This document shows, piece by piece, positions 10,843 through 20,751 of a DNA stretch of 64,000 nucleotides. The notes below the pieces were generated by a model. It searched no databases, had not been told where the DNA came from, and saw only the letters and a program-made list of their open reading frames with translations. Position numbers and translations under genes: made by a program. The number at the start of each line of letters is the position of its first letter. Within the stretch, counting starts at the first letter, position 1. The stretch is taken from NCBI GenBank assembly GCA_963674945.2, contig CAXXWQ010000003.1:1248001-1312000 (forward strand). The letters are read 5' to 3'. This DNA is from an uncultured Desulfosarcina sp. Lineage in GTDB: Bacteria; Desulfobacterota; Desulfobacteria; Desulfobacterales; Desulfosarcinaceae.

Positions 10843-11567
10843 TTGAAATTAAGAATGTCAGACTATGGTACGGTAACCATCATCAAGCACTCGATGGAAT
10901 CAATGAAATCATAGAAAAGGGACAAACCGTCGTGATTTGCGGCCCAAGCGGTTCGGGAAAAAGCTCGCTTCTCAGATGTATCAACGGCCTGGAACGGTTT
11001 CAGGAGGGAGAAATCATCGTCGACGGCGTATCCGTGCTGGACCCCGCCACAAATATTCATAAACTGCGTTCCAACATCGGCATGGTGTTCCAGCATTTTG
11101 AACTCTATCCACACATGACCGCCATGGAAAATATCACGCTGGCGCCTATCCGGGTTCGCAGGAAAACCAGACCCGAAGCCGAGAAAAAGGCCATGGAAAT
11201 CCTCATACGGGTGGGAATCCCAGAACAGGCGAATAAATATCCGGCGGCCCTCTCCGGAGGGCAGCAGCAGCGTGTGGCCATCGCCAGGGCATTGGCCATG
11301 GAACCTTCCATTATGTTGTTTGACGAACCGACCTCTGCCCTGGACCCGGAAATGATAAAGGAGGTGCTTGACGTCATGATCGATCTGGCCAGTGAGGGAA
11401 TGACCATGGTCGTGGTCACCCATGAAATGGGATTCGCCAGAAAAGTTGCCCATGAGATTATTTTCATGGATAAGGGGCAGGTAGTCGAAAAAGGCACCGG
11501 TCATGCATTTTTTCACCATCCAAAACATGAAAGAACCCGCCAGTTTTTAAATCGCATCCTGATTTAG
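10839..11567 (+). CDS. Amino-acid ABC transporter ATP-binding protein (GlnQ-like)
   Basis: [34 protein letters not shown] and [12 protein letters not shown] overlap with the upstream stop. Confidence 0.95.
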   Translation: MIEIKNVRLWYGNHHQALDGINEIIEKGQTVVICGPSGSGKSSLLRCINGLERFQEGEIIVDGVSVLDPATNIHKLRSNIGMVFQHFELYPHMTAMENITLAPIRVRRKTRPEAEKKAMEILIRVGIPEQANKYPAALSGGQQQRVAIARALAMEPSIMLFDEPTSALDPEMIKEVLDVMIDLASEGMTMVVVTHEMGFARKVAHEIIFMDKGQVVEKGTGHAFFHHPKHERTRQFLNRILI

Positions 11568-11595
11568 GATGGCCGGGATAAAGGAGAAAGTTCCG

Positions 11596-12426
11596 ATGAA
11601 GAAAGAGGTGCGAATTTCCATCTTGTGTGAAGATCAGGCCAGAAAGGGTTTTAAGGACAACATCTTTCTGGCGCAGCATGGTCTTTCCATTTTCATGGAG
11701 GCAGAGCAAAAAATTTTGTTCGATACGGGAGCCACGGATATTTTCGTTCACAATGCCGGCCTTTTGGGCATCGACGTAAACACCGCAGACTGGGTTGTGC
11801 TCAGCCACGGGCATTGGGACCATGCCGACGGCCTCAAAGCGCTCAATGAGAATGCGGCGGCAAGGATGAAGTTGCTTGTCCACCCGGAAGCGTTCGTGGA
11901 CCGGCGCAAGGCAACCGGGCAATACAACGGCATGTTCTACTGCCAGGAGGAGATCGCGCAAAAATTCGATCTGGTTCTATCAAAAGGTCCCCATCGAATC
12001 ACGGACCGGATTTGTTTTTTGGGTGAGATCCCCCGGATCAATGACTTCGAAGCCCAGCAGACGGCATTTTTTCACCTTCAGGGAGAAGACCGGCGTCCGG
12101 ATTTCATCATCGATGATTCGGCGCTGGTCGTTGAAACGAAGAAAGGGTTGGTCATCGTTACGGGCTGTTCCCACGCGGGGATCTGCAATATCGTCGATTA
12201 CGCCAAGAAGGTCACCGGTCAAGACGGCGTGCATGCGGTGATCGGAGGGTTCCACCTGTTGGGAAACCTGTACCAGTTGGAGAAAACCATCGACTACTTC
12301 AAGCGTCAGCCGGTAGCGCACCTATATCCCATGCACTGCACGGACCTGGAGGCCTTATGTGCCTTCTACCGCGCCTTCGGGATTGAAAAACTGTGTACCG
12401 GGGATACAATCGCATTCGAAATGTAG
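11596..12426 (+). CDS. MBL-fold metallo-hydrolase (COG1237-like)
   Basis: HGLS, LFDTG, SHGHWDHADG, TGCSHAG, GGFHL and HCT motifs. Confidence 0.88.
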   Translation: MKKEVRISILCEDQARKGFKDNIFLAQHGLSIFMEAEQKILFDTGATDIFVHNAGLLGIDVNTADWVVLSHGHWDHADGLKALNENAAARMKLLVHPEAFVDRRKATGQYNGMFYCQEEIAQKFDLVLSKGPHRITDRICFLGEIPRINDFEAQQTAFFHLQGEDRRPDFIIDDSALVVETKKGLVIVTGCSHAGICNIVDYAKKVTGQDGVHAVIGGFHLLGNLYQLEKTIDYFKRQPVAHLYPMHCTDLEALCAFYRAFGIEKLCTGDTIAFEM

Positions 12427-12552
12427 ATAAGGATGACAGGTTCAAATTATCCGAAGTTCAGTGGTAATTGGGATATGAGCTTATGTCTGAAGGGTGCTTT
12501 CCAGCAGGCGTGACGTTCTGCACGCTGCTGCAAAAGTCTCGTTATGCACCAG

Positions 12553-13359
12553 CTATATGATTCCCTTTGTAAAAAGTGCATTCATCACCATAAACAAAGC
12601 TGCAAGCCAATTCGTATAAGCAAATAATTGTTTTAGATGTTTCGGTTTTGTTTGTAATGCAAACCGTCCCCCCAGTATCCCTCCGAAAATTGTAATAAAG
12701 GCTAACGGTATTGCCCATGAAGGATTAAAATCTCCCTGGATCGCATGCCCTGTAAACCCCATAAATGCAGTTGTCGCTATTAGTGTGGAAGCTGTACCGA
12801 CCGCTGTATGCATCGGTACGCCACAAGCCAAAACCATTAATGGAACCAGAAAGGATCCTCCTGAAACGCCAACCATCCCCGAAGCAAAACCTGTTAAAAC
12901 AGTAATCGGCAGCGCAATCCATAAATTTACAGTATAAATTGTATTGCCGGATTTAATGCGAATAATCCATAACTTCTTGTTTCTAAAGGTTGTTTCATTC
13001 TCTGAAACAGGTATCAGCATTACTATTCCGGCGATAAACAACATAACGGCAAATATCAATTTTAAAGAAAAGCCGCTAAACAAATGAGAGAAGTAACCTC
13101 CGCCAAGTGCTGACAGAGCCGTGATTATTCCAATTAGGACAGCCAACACCCATGATACAGACTTATTTTTCTGAAAGACGATCATTGCCGCAACAGAAGC
13201 TGAAAAAAGAACAAACTGGCCGGTCGTCGCTGCTTCGTGCATTGGGACATTGGCAATTGCCAGAATTACAACATAGAAATTCCCTCCGCCTTTACCGACC
13301 ATTGTCATGGTAACAGCAACGATGAAAATGAGAGAGCTCACCATAATTAGATTTGTCAT
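12553..13359 (-). CDS. TSUP (TauE/SafE) family transporter
   Basis: GKGGG and SGMVGVSGGSFLVP repeats, about 8 TM helices; visibly AT-richer than its flanks. Confidence 0.88.
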   Translation of the reverse strand: MTNLIMVSSLIFIVAVTMTMVGKGGGNFYVVILAIANVPMHEAATTGQFVLFSASVAAMIVFQKNKSVSWVLAVLIGIITALSALGGGYFSHLFSGFSLKLIFAVMLFIAGIVMLIPVSENETTFRNKKLWIIRIKSGNTIYTVNLWIALPITVLTGFASGMVGVSGGSFLVPLMVLACGVPMHTAVGTASTLIATTAFMGFTGHAIQGDFNPSWAIPLAFITIFGGILGGRFALQTKPKHLKQLFAYTNWLAALFMVMNALFTKGII

Positions 13360-13373
13360 CTAATAATCCCTCT

Positions 13374-13784
13374 TCATTTTTTATTTTTGACGGCCTTGAG
13401 AACCTGTCCCGGCTTCAGGGCTTCTGTCAGAGCAGAATATCCACCGTCAACAATGCGTACCTCCAGGAATCCTTTTGACAACAAATAGGCATAGACAATA
13501 GACGATCTGACATTTGCAGGGCAAAATACACCTATGAATTTTGTTTTTGGAATTTCATCAATTCTGTCGGGAATTTCGTTGATCGGTATGTTTAATGATT
13601 CCACATTGGGGTGATGCTCCAATTTTATGGAGATGGAATCTGATTCTTCTTTTGATCGAACATCCAATAGAAGGCTTCTCTTCATATCAAAGAATTTCGC
13701 CGGTGATATTTTATGTTTTCCATTTCCAAAATAATCTAATGTAAGACTTCTAAGAACTTGCTCCATTTCAATCTCCATTCTCAT
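13374..13784 (-). CDS. Rhodanese-like domain protein
   Basis: LLDVRS, NIP, active-site loop FCPANVRS, DGGY. Confidence 0.85.
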   Translation of the reverse strand: MRMEIEMEQVLRSLTLDYFGNGKHKISPAKFFDMKRSLLLDVRSKEESDSISIKLEHHPNVESLNIPINEIPDRIDEIPKTKFIGVFCPANVRSSIVYAYLLSKGFLEVRIVDGGYSALTEALKPGQVLKAVKNKK

Positions 13785-13869
13785 ATGGACATATTAGGCC
13801 ACGATGGGGCAGCGAGGCCAAAAGGTTTCGGTTAAATAACAACAACGGTCGAAGACAAAAATGCGAAAA

Positions 13870-14100
13870 CTACTTCAGCCAGGATAATACATCCTGCATC
13901 CTGGGAATCTTGCCCACCGATTTCACTTCACCATTGACCACCACAGCAGGCGTTCCGAAAACACCGTAGCCGGCGATTTCCATCATATCGGTGACCTTTT
14001 CGACATCAGCGTCAAGCCCAGCTTCGGCGACGGCCTCTTTGACCACTTTTTCAGTCTTCTTGCATTTCGCACAGCCGGGCCCCAGTACTTTGATTTCCAT
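13870..14100 (-). CDS. Small redox-active disulfide protein (Thioredoxin_3/MTH895-like)
   Basis: MEIKVLGPGCAKC and TPAVVVNG; AAGGAG RBS. Confidence 0.92.
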   Translation of the reverse strand: MEIKVLGPGCAKCKKTEKVVKEAVAEAGLDADVEKVTDMMEIAGYGVFGTPAVVVNGEVKSVGKIPRMQDVLSWLK

Positions 14101-14186
14101 GATAGCACTCCTTTATTTGTTTTTTTGTTCAAGAAGTTTCATATCTTACTCCTGATGGTTTGCTCTGATTTTGGACGGGCAGCCTA

Positions 14187-15302
14187 TCAGACAAAATAAT
14201 TAAAGATGTATCCGACGATCAGGATGCCTGCGCCGACCACTCCGATAAAGGTTGCGATCAATCTTGGTTTGAGAACTTTGCGCAAGATGATCGCCTCGGG
14301 CAACGAAAGAGCGATGACCGACATCATGAAAGCCAACACGGTTCCCAGTGCCGCTCCTTTTTCCAGCAGTGCCTGCACGATGGGAATGATACCGGCTGCA
14401 TTGGAATACATGGGAATGCCCAGCACCACTGATGCCGGCACCGACCACCAGGCGGATTTGCCCATGAACGACGCCAGAAAGCCTTCCGGCACATACCCGT
14501 GGATAGCAGCGCCCACGGCAATGCCGAGCACGACATAGAACCACACCTTGCCCACAATGTCGCGGACAGCATCAAAACCATAGCGGATGCGTTCGACCCA
14601 GCCCTCCGGTCCGCTCTCCGCGGCAACCTGGCCGGCTTGGATCTGATAAACCCACTCCTCGAGATGCCGCTCCATTTTAAGGCGCCCGATCACCCAGCCA
14701 GCAATGATGGCAATGGCGAGCCCGGTGCCCAGGTAGATTGCAGCGACTTCCCACCCAAAAAGTCCGTAAAGCAGCACCAAAGCGACCTCATTGACCATAG
14801 GGGCAGAGATGAGAAACGAAAAGGTCACCCCCAACGGTATGCCCGCGGTGACGAATCCCAGAAACAGCGGCACGGCCGAGCAGGAGCAAAACGGAGTAAC
14901 GATCCCCAAGCCGGCCGCCAGAACGTTGCCGACCGATTCGCGCTTTCCGGCCAGGATGGCACGTGTTCGGGTGGGAGTAAAAAAAGAGCGCACGATTCCA
15001 ACGCCGAATACCACCAGGGTCAACAGCATCAACACCTTTGGGGTGTCGTAAAGAAAAAAGGCGATCGCATGGCCCAGATGACCTTCGGGAGCAAATTCGA
15101 TCCATCGGGACAGCGTCAGGGTGAGAAAGTTGGCCAATGGATTCAGTTGGCCGTAAATCAGCCACCACGCCGCGATCATGACCGATACACCGGCAATATA
15201 TTTGGCGGCAGGTGAGCGCGTCGGTTCGCTCGTAGAATGGATGCTGGTGGCGGCCGCCGCTTGGCTTGTACTGCAGCAGGTATTTTCTTGGAAATTATTC
15301 AT
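14187..15302 (-). CDS. arsP: ArsP-type (DUF318) permease
   Basis: TPFCSCSAVP, FLISAPMVNE, GIPMYSN and ALSLPE motifs. Confidence 0.85.
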   Translation of the reverse strand: MNNFQENTCCSTSQAAAATSIHSTSEPTRSPAAKYIAGVSVMIAAWWLIYGQLNPLANFLTLTLSRWIEFAPEGHLGHAIAFFLYDTPKVLMLLTLVVFGVGIVRSFFTPTRTRAILAGKRESVGNVLAAGLGIVTPFCSCSAVPLFLGFVTAGIPLGVTFSFLISAPMVNEVALVLLYGLFGWEVAAIYLGTGLAIAIIAGWVIGRLKMERHLEEWVYQIQAGQVAAESGPEGWVERIRYGFDAVRDIVGKVWFYVVLGIAVGAAIHGYVPEGFLASFMGKSAWWSVPASVVLGIPMYSNAAGIIPIVQALLEKGAALGTVLAFMMSVIALSLPEAIILRKVLKPRLIATFIGVVGAGILIVGYIFNYFV

Positions 15303-15336
15303 GCGAAAAACTCCGTATCAAGGCTACTTTATTCCT

Positions 15337-15356
15337 ATTTCGCCATATTGTGATAT
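15337..15356. promoter_or_regulatory. Putative ArsR operator upstream of the permease
   Basis: ATTTCGCCATATTGTGATAT, an imperfect 20-bp palindrome resembling the site at 15729-15748. Confidence 0.45.
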
Positions 15357-15373
15357 GATCGGGTTAAAAAAAA

Positions 15374-15718
15374 TCAGCCTCCGCAAATGATTTCACGGCG
15401 GATTTCGGGCAACCGGGCAACCAGTGCTTCCACTTCGGGATCCTCTTCAAGCCAATGTCTTAAATTCCCTAACAGGCTGGCTACATATGGATTTCTATCC
15501 CCATCGGCAAGGCGGTAATTGACCCACAACCCTTCTTTGGAGCAGGTTATCAAGCCGGCATCCTCCAGTATTTTTAGGTGCTTGCTGGCAGTGGACGGGG
15601 CCAGCCCCAAGGACTCCTGAATTTCACATACGCATAGGACACGGCGCTGCAGCAATTTGATCATTTTGATCCGGTTTGTGTCGGATAAGGCTTTCATGAC
15701 CTTTATGAACTCTTTCAT
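15374..15718 (-). CDS. arsR: ArsR/SmtB family metalloregulator
   Basis: KALSDTNR, LCVCEI (alpha3 Cys motif), SKHLKILEDAGL and KEGLWVNYRL; GGAGG RBS. Confidence 0.9.
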   Translation of the reverse strand: MKEFIKVMKALSDTNRIKMIKLLQRRVLCVCEIQESLGLAPSTASKHLKILEDAGLITCSKEGLWVNYRLADGDRNPYVASLLGNLRHWLEEDPEVEALVARLPEIRREIICGG

Positions 15719-15728
15719 GAGATCCTCC

Positions 15729-15772
15729 ATATCGTTCAAATGGGATATAGTCGACCAAATCCATCTTGTCAA
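15729..15772 (-). promoter_or_regulatory. sigma70-like arsR promoter overlapping a putative operator
   Basis: Minus strand: TTGACA (15772-15767), 17 nt spacer, TATATC. It overlaps the palindrome ATATCGTTCAAATGGGATAT (15729-15748). Confidence 0.55.
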
Positions 15773-15980
15773 TCAAAAACAACCAACTGCTTTTGAAAAA
15801 GGCTAAACAAGGAATCTTAAAAAAGAGGATGTAAAAAGTACGAACTATTCAAATCGTCACTCGATCAGATGGGATTACAGGTATCTTATTTTTTATCTCC
15901 TGAAGATTTCCATTTTGCGCTACAGATTTTACTCGCAAATTTTAAATCTTACCGGATTTGTGCTGGCAATCCGTTTTACA

Positions 15981-18110
15981 TTACTTGCTCTTCATCACCC
16001 AGACGCCACGCCAATCGTCGGGAACGGCACCGGCAAGTTCCCGGCACATCCGAGCGTAGGCGTTGGCTGCTGGGTCAACCTCCGCGATTTCGGAGAAGAT
16101 CGATTCCGCCCGGGCCATTTCTCCCTCGTAGAAAAGATCCAGACCCTGGAGAAAAAGGTCGATAATCTTCTCCTTCTCCTGGTAGGCGGCAGGCAACATG
16201 GGTTCGTGGACGGTGACCGGCTCTTTGCGCCCTACGACGGCCAACCGTGCCAATTCCCGCGTCGGATAACGGGGGTGAATGCGATCATATGTAGTCTGGG
16301 AAATCATGGTAAACGTGCCGAATTGTTTGTTGGCCCCTTCCAGACGGGCCGCCAGGTTGACTGCATCGCCGATCATCGTGTAGTCGAATCGTGTATTGGA
16401 TCCAAGGTTTCCCACGACGGCGCTGCCCGTATGAATGCCAATGCGCATCCGCACCTGGGCGCCTGCCCGCTCTGCGTATGCCGGTCGGAGTTGGGCCAGC
16501 CGCTCCTGGCATCGGAGCGCGGCGCGAACGGCCCTGACGGCATGGTCGGCGGCCTCCAGCGGGGCGTTCCAAAAGGCGATGATGGCATCGCCCTCGAATT
16601 TATCGATGGTACCCCCCTCTTCATGGATGATATCGGTCATTTCGGTCAGGTAGTCGTTGAGCAAAAGGATCAGCGATTCCGGGTCCATTCCTTCGGAAAT
16701 GGAGGTAAACCCCTGCAGATCGGAGAAGAAGATGGACAGTTCACGCCTCTCACCACCAAGCTTGAGACGTTCGGGCTGGGCGATCAATTGATCGATGACA
16801 TCGGGACTTAAAAAATGCTTGAATGCAGTCTTGATGAACCGTTTTTGGCGGCCTTCGGTGGTGTAATTGACAATGAGCGTCAGTCCGATGGTCACGATGA
16901 CAGCTGTCTCCTGGGCGACGAGGGGAAGCCAAAATCCTTGGATATAGGCGATCAGGGCCATGGGAATCGGTGCGGCAACGAAAAGGGTGATTGTCCCTGC
17001 ATTGGCGGTGACACTTTTAAAATGGGAAACCGAAAGAGACGCGCCGAAGCTTAACAGAACCATCAGACAAATGGTCATCCAGATGGGGCACAAACGCATG
17101 AAATCGCCGGAGAGCAGATTGTCCAGTAAGGTGGCGTAAATCTCCACGCCGGGATATACCCCTGAAACGGGGGAAGGACGAAGGTCATAGAGCCCCGGCG
17201 CGGAAAAACCGAAAAAGACATACTTGTCTGCAAACGCATCCGGATCGTCGATATTGGGCGCTTCTCCGCCTTGCATCTGTATATACGACTGCAGCACCGC
17301 CGCCGCGCTGTAAGTTTTGTGGGTACCCGAGGGGCCCCGAAATCGCAGGATCGCCCTGCCGTCCGCATCCAGAGGAATTTTTCGTTCTCCCACCGTCAGC
17401 CCATGGGAGACGAGGGAGACCGTCGTCTTTGGATTTGCCGCCAGATACGCCCCCAGTCCCAATGAGGGAACGGCCTGTCCGTCAAAGCGTCCCAACAGTT
17501 CCGCTTCTCTGAATATGCCATCATCATCGGGTCGAAGACTGACGTTGCACAAAAAGGCAGCCGCAGTTGCCAATGGATCCACCGGTAAAGAAACCCGTGC
17601 GAAAGATCTCACCCGCATCCCTTTTTCTTTCTCTCCAACATCCAATCCGTCAACGTTGATTGGCGGCGGGGAGAGAGTCGAAGGCCACCTTATCAGTTCC
17701 CCGGTCTGATCGCCGAAAAATGCCGCCATGGCAACGGCGTCGAATCGGGAGATGGCTTCCGCCAGCGCCATATCATCCGGCACACCGTATTTGGAAGATT
17801 CGGTGAACAAGATGTCCATGGCAATGGCCTTGGCCCCCCTTTGTTGACAAAAGTCGACGATGGCGCCGTACATCTCGCGTGGCCAGGGCCAGGTCAGGGA
17901 ATTCACGTTCTTGGCCCAGTCCAGGCTGTTTTGATCCAAGAGGATCAGGACGATGTCCGATGTGGCCTTACCGGGCCGTGCCAGAAGTCGTGCACGCCAG
18001 TCCCAGGTTTTGGCTTCCCAGGTTTCCATCATCGAAATCGACCAGAGCCCCAAAGTCAGGAGCACGCCGACAACACCCGTGGCGAGCGCCCGGTTCACCT
18101 TGCTCTTCAT
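15981..18110 (-). CDS. CHASE2-domain class III adenylate cyclase with C-terminal TPR-like helices
   Basis: TWPWPR, PDDDG and YPGVEI (CHASE2); 3 TM helices; FSDLQGFT, DKFEGDA and YTMIGDAVNLAARLE. Start is 18110 or 18140. Confidence 0.92.
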   Translation of the reverse strand: MKSKVNRALATGVVGVLLTLGLWSISMMETWEAKTWDWRARLLARPGKATSDIVLILLDQNSLDWAKNVNSLTWPWPREMYGAIVDFCQQRGAKAIAMDILFTESSKYGVPDDMALAEAISRFDAVAMAAFFGDQTGELIRWPSTLSPPPINVDGLDVGEKEKGMRVRSFARVSLPVDPLATAAAFLCNVSLRPDDDGIFREAELLGRFDGQAVPSLGLGAYLAANPKTTVSLVSHGLTVGERKIPLDADGRAILRFRGPSGTHKTYSAAAVLQSYIQMQGGEAPNIDDPDAFADKYVFFGFSAPGLYDLRPSPVSGVYPGVEIYATLLDNLLSGDFMRLCPIWMTICLMVLLSFGASLSVSHFKSVTANAGTITLFVAAPIPMALIAYIQGFWLPLVAQETAVIVTIGLTLIVNYTTEGRQKRFIKTAFKHFLSPDVIDQLIAQPERLKLGGERRELSIFFSDLQGFTSISEGMDPESLILLLNDYLTEMTDIIHEEGGTIDKFEGDAIIAFWNAPLEAADHAVRAVRAALRCQERLAQLRPAYAERAGAQVRMRIGIHTGSAVVGNLGSNTRFDYTMIGDAVNLAARLEGANKQFGTFTMISQTTYDRIHPRYPTRELARLAVVGRKEPVTVHEPMLPAAYQEKEKIIDLFLQGLDLFYEGEMARAESIFSEIAEVDPAANAYARMCRELAGAVPDDWRGVWVMKSK

Positions 18111-18190
18111 GAAATTGGATGATGATATCTCTTTCAGCATTTTCAAACCGGCGCCTATATCTTGTAGACTCGTAAAAAAGTCGGATTTCG

Positions 18191-18314
18191 GACGGCTTCG
18201 TAAAAAGTTCGAGATCAAGGCTTGCGAACCCCGAGGAATGAGGCGTATTAATGATACGTCGCAGTGACGAGGGGTGAAGCGTAACGCCGATATCGGACTT
18301 TTTACGAAGCCGTC
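18191..18314. mobile_element. MITE/REP-like element, family B, with 18-bp terminal inverted repeats
   Basis: GACGGCTTCGTAAAAAGT (18191-18208) pairs perfectly with ACTTTTTACGAAGCCGTC (18297-18314). Second copy at 21461-21676. Confidence 0.8.
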
Positions 18315-19785
18315 ATATCTTGAAGAATGTTTTGATCCGGCTTATTAGCGTCACCGAATTGGCCAGTTCCCCCGCCGCCTGGTTGGCCTTTTGGGAGAGG
18401 TCCTTCTGTCGCTGCGCCATGACTTCTCCCAGCGTTTCACAGATATCCGGATTTGATGCCAAGAGAGTCGAAAAGAGCGCCTTGTCCACCCGTACGACGT
18501 TGGCAAACGGCTGGGCCTTTACCGTCGCGCTGCGTTTCTCACCGGTGAGAAGACTCAACTCACCGAAAAAATCCCCAGTTCCAATGGCGGCCACCTTCTT
18601 CGATGTGCCGTCGGATTGTTCCAAGAGCACGTCGCAACTTCCATCCAATATAACATAGAGGGAATCGCCGGGATCATCCTGCCGTACGATGATCTCACCG
18701 TCACCGTACTCCTGTACGGAGGCTTTCCCGGAAATGGTCTTTCGCTCCTCGTCACAAAGGGCTTCCAGCAAGGGGACACCTTCCAGCATCTGTTGGATCT
18801 TGTCGGAAAGCCGTTTTCGGGTTTCCCTTTTATGGCGCCGCTCGATGTGGGCATGCTGGGTATCCCGGATGGGAAAGGGAATGGTGATGCCGTTTCGCCG
18901 CAGGGCATACCAGAGTTGTTCGTTGATGGCCGCCTTGATTTGGGGCAGAAGAAGGTAGCTGTTGTACCAGAAACGAATCTCATAGTTGATGGAGGAGTCG
19001 TCGAAGCTGATGAGTCGAACCTGGGGCCGGGGGGATTGCAGCACCTTTGAATGTTTATCCAATACGCCCAAGATCACCTCCCGAACCTTGCTGGGCGGAG
19101 CATCGTACTCCAATCCGATGTTGATGCGCCCGACCATTCGCTTGTCCGGCTTGGAGTAATTGACCAGAATTCTGTTGGACAACTCGTTGTTGGGCAGGTA
19201 GATCAAGACATTGTCCCGGGTGACGATACGGGTGGATTTCCAGGTGATACCGACGACCCTTCCGATGTGGGACTCATAGGTAATCCAATCGCCAATGCCG
19301 AACGGGTGCTCCATCTGAAGTACCAGTCCGGAGAAAAAATTGCCCAGGGTGGTCTGGGCGGCCAGACCGACCACCACCGTCAGGGCGGCCGATGTTGTGA
19401 TCAACCCCGCCAGGTCGACATCCCCGCGGGTACGCAAAACAACGAAAAACAGAATCGCATAACACATGAGAAGAATGAAATCCCTGGTGATATTGGGGAT
19501 TTCGATTTTTCTCCACTTTCGCAGGGGCAACTCCACGAACAGGGCGAAACTCAGACGCACCACCGCCCAGGAGAGAAGGACGGTGTACCCGACCCCGATC
19601 CATTTTTCATATTGGACCACGAAGGGGACGTGGCCGACAAACCGATGGATGGCGTAAGTGGCAAAATAGGCGATCAACCATCCCAGGGGAAGGTGCGGCA
19701 AGAAACGGGAGCGGCTGGACAGAAACATGTACCCGCCCAGTATAATGGCGATACCCAGCATGAACAAACCGGTGCTAAATCCCAT
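18313..19785 (-). CDS. MscS mechanosensitive channel with C-terminal cNMP-binding domain
   Basis: GLAAQTTLGNFFSG, PFGIGDWI and GITIPFP; cNMP motif GDFFGELSLLTGEKRSATV. Confidence 0.92.
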   Translation of the reverse strand: MGFSTGLFMLGIAIILGGYMFLSSRSRFLPHLPLGWLIAYFATYAIHRFVGHVPFVVQYEKWIGVGYTVLLSWAVVRLSFALFVELPLRKWRKIEIPNITRDFILLMCYAILFFVVLRTRGDVDLAGLITTSAALTVVVGLAAQTTLGNFFSGLVLQMEHPFGIGDWITYESHIGRVVGITWKSTRIVTRDNVLIYLPNNELSNRILVNYSKPDKRMVGRINIGLEYDAPPSKVREVILGVLDKHSKVLQSPRPQVRLISFDDSSINYEIRFWYNSYLLLPQIKAAINEQLWYALRRNGITIPFPIRDTQHAHIERRHKRETRKRLSDKIQQMLEGVPLLEALCDEERKTISGKASVQEYGDGEIIVRQDDPGDSLYVILDGSCDVLLEQSDGTSKKVAAIGTGDFFGELSLLTGEKRSATVKAQPFANVVRVDKALFSTLLASNPDICETLGEVMAQRQKDLSQKANQAAGELANSVTLISRIKTFFKI

Positions 19786-19809
19786 GGGTCACTCGCAAGA
19801 TGATAGAAA

Positions 19810-20751
19810 TCATATTCCACTGAGCGCTTTCCTGAAACGACGCTGCCTCACCTCGGGTATCGGGCCCGGTCCACCCAATAACGGTCGCACGTCGGCGAGT
19901 CGGCTTTGGGGGGAAGGATGGGTTTTGGCAAAATCGATGTGACCGGGTTTGAGCCGTTTGTCCATCTCCTGCAACATCTCCGCCAGTCCGTTCGGATCGT
20001 ATCCCACCCGTTTCGTAATGGTGATGGCCGCCATGTCCGCCTGGTGTTCCAGTTTCCGGGAATAACCGTTATTAATCAGGGTTTTGGTGATATCGGTAAT
20101 GGAATCCTCGAAGGTTTCGGTCAACTCGGCAAGCTCCTTTCCGCCGAAGGTTTTGGTTCCTTCTACCCCCAACGTTGTCAGGGCCGAGGTGATCCGGGAT
20201 GTCTTGATGGCCTGTAGTCCGTGCCGGTACTGCACATGACCGATCTCGTGGGCGAGTACGGCTGCAACGGCATCTTCGGATTTGCAGCACCGCAAGATCC
20301 CCCGGGTAACGAAGATCAAACCGCCGGGAGCGGCAAGGGCATTGATTTCATCGGAATCCTGAATCAAGAAGTGGTACCCGCCGAAGGTCTCGGGAAGGTC
20401 GGAAGCCCGGGACAAACTTTGGCCGATCAAGTTGATGTAAGTAATGGCGCGTTGATTCTTGTACGGCGCGTACTTTTCGAGAATCTGGGCACCGACGGTC
20501 CTGCCGATGTAGTACTCTTGTTCGGGAGTGAAATCTTCGAAGCTGCGGGCAACGGCCTTTCCACTCTTTTCGATGGACTTGGCCTGGTCCTCGGTTAGCA
20601 CCCCGGTGGCGGCTCCCACCTGGGCGCCGATGGTGCTCACCGTCTCGAGGGTTTTGCATCCGGAAAGGAAGGCGGCAACAGGGAAAAGTCCCAGAGACAA
20701 CCCGGTCATACGACCAACGTCGCGAATAAACGTGCGTCGACTGGTGTTCAT
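19810..20751 (-). CDS. M48 family metalloprotease, predicted Tat lipoprotein
   Basis: SRRTFI Tat motif and LSGC lipobox; NALAAPGG, HEIGH, YSRKLEHQAD and THP. Confidence 0.9.
   Translation of the reverse strand: MNTSRRTFIRDVGRMTGLSLGLFPVAAFLSGCKTLETVSTIGAQVGAATGVLTEDQAKSIEKSGKAVARSFEDFTPEQEYYIGRTVGAQILEKYAPYKNQRAITYINLIGQSLSRASDLPETFGGYHFLIQDSDEINALAAPGGLIFVTRGILRCCKSEDAVAAVLAHEIGHVQYRHGLQAIKTSRITSALTTLGVEGTKTFGGKELAELTETFEDSITDITKTLINNGYSRKLEHQADMAAITITKRVGYDPNGLAEMLQEMDKRLKPGHIDFAKTHPSPQSRLADVRPLLGGPGPIPEVRQRRFRKALSGI

Noticed and set aside
18141..18218. N-terminal extension of the cyclase in the ORF track
   Set aside because: It runs into the family B repeat; the signal-anchor begins at MKSKVN.
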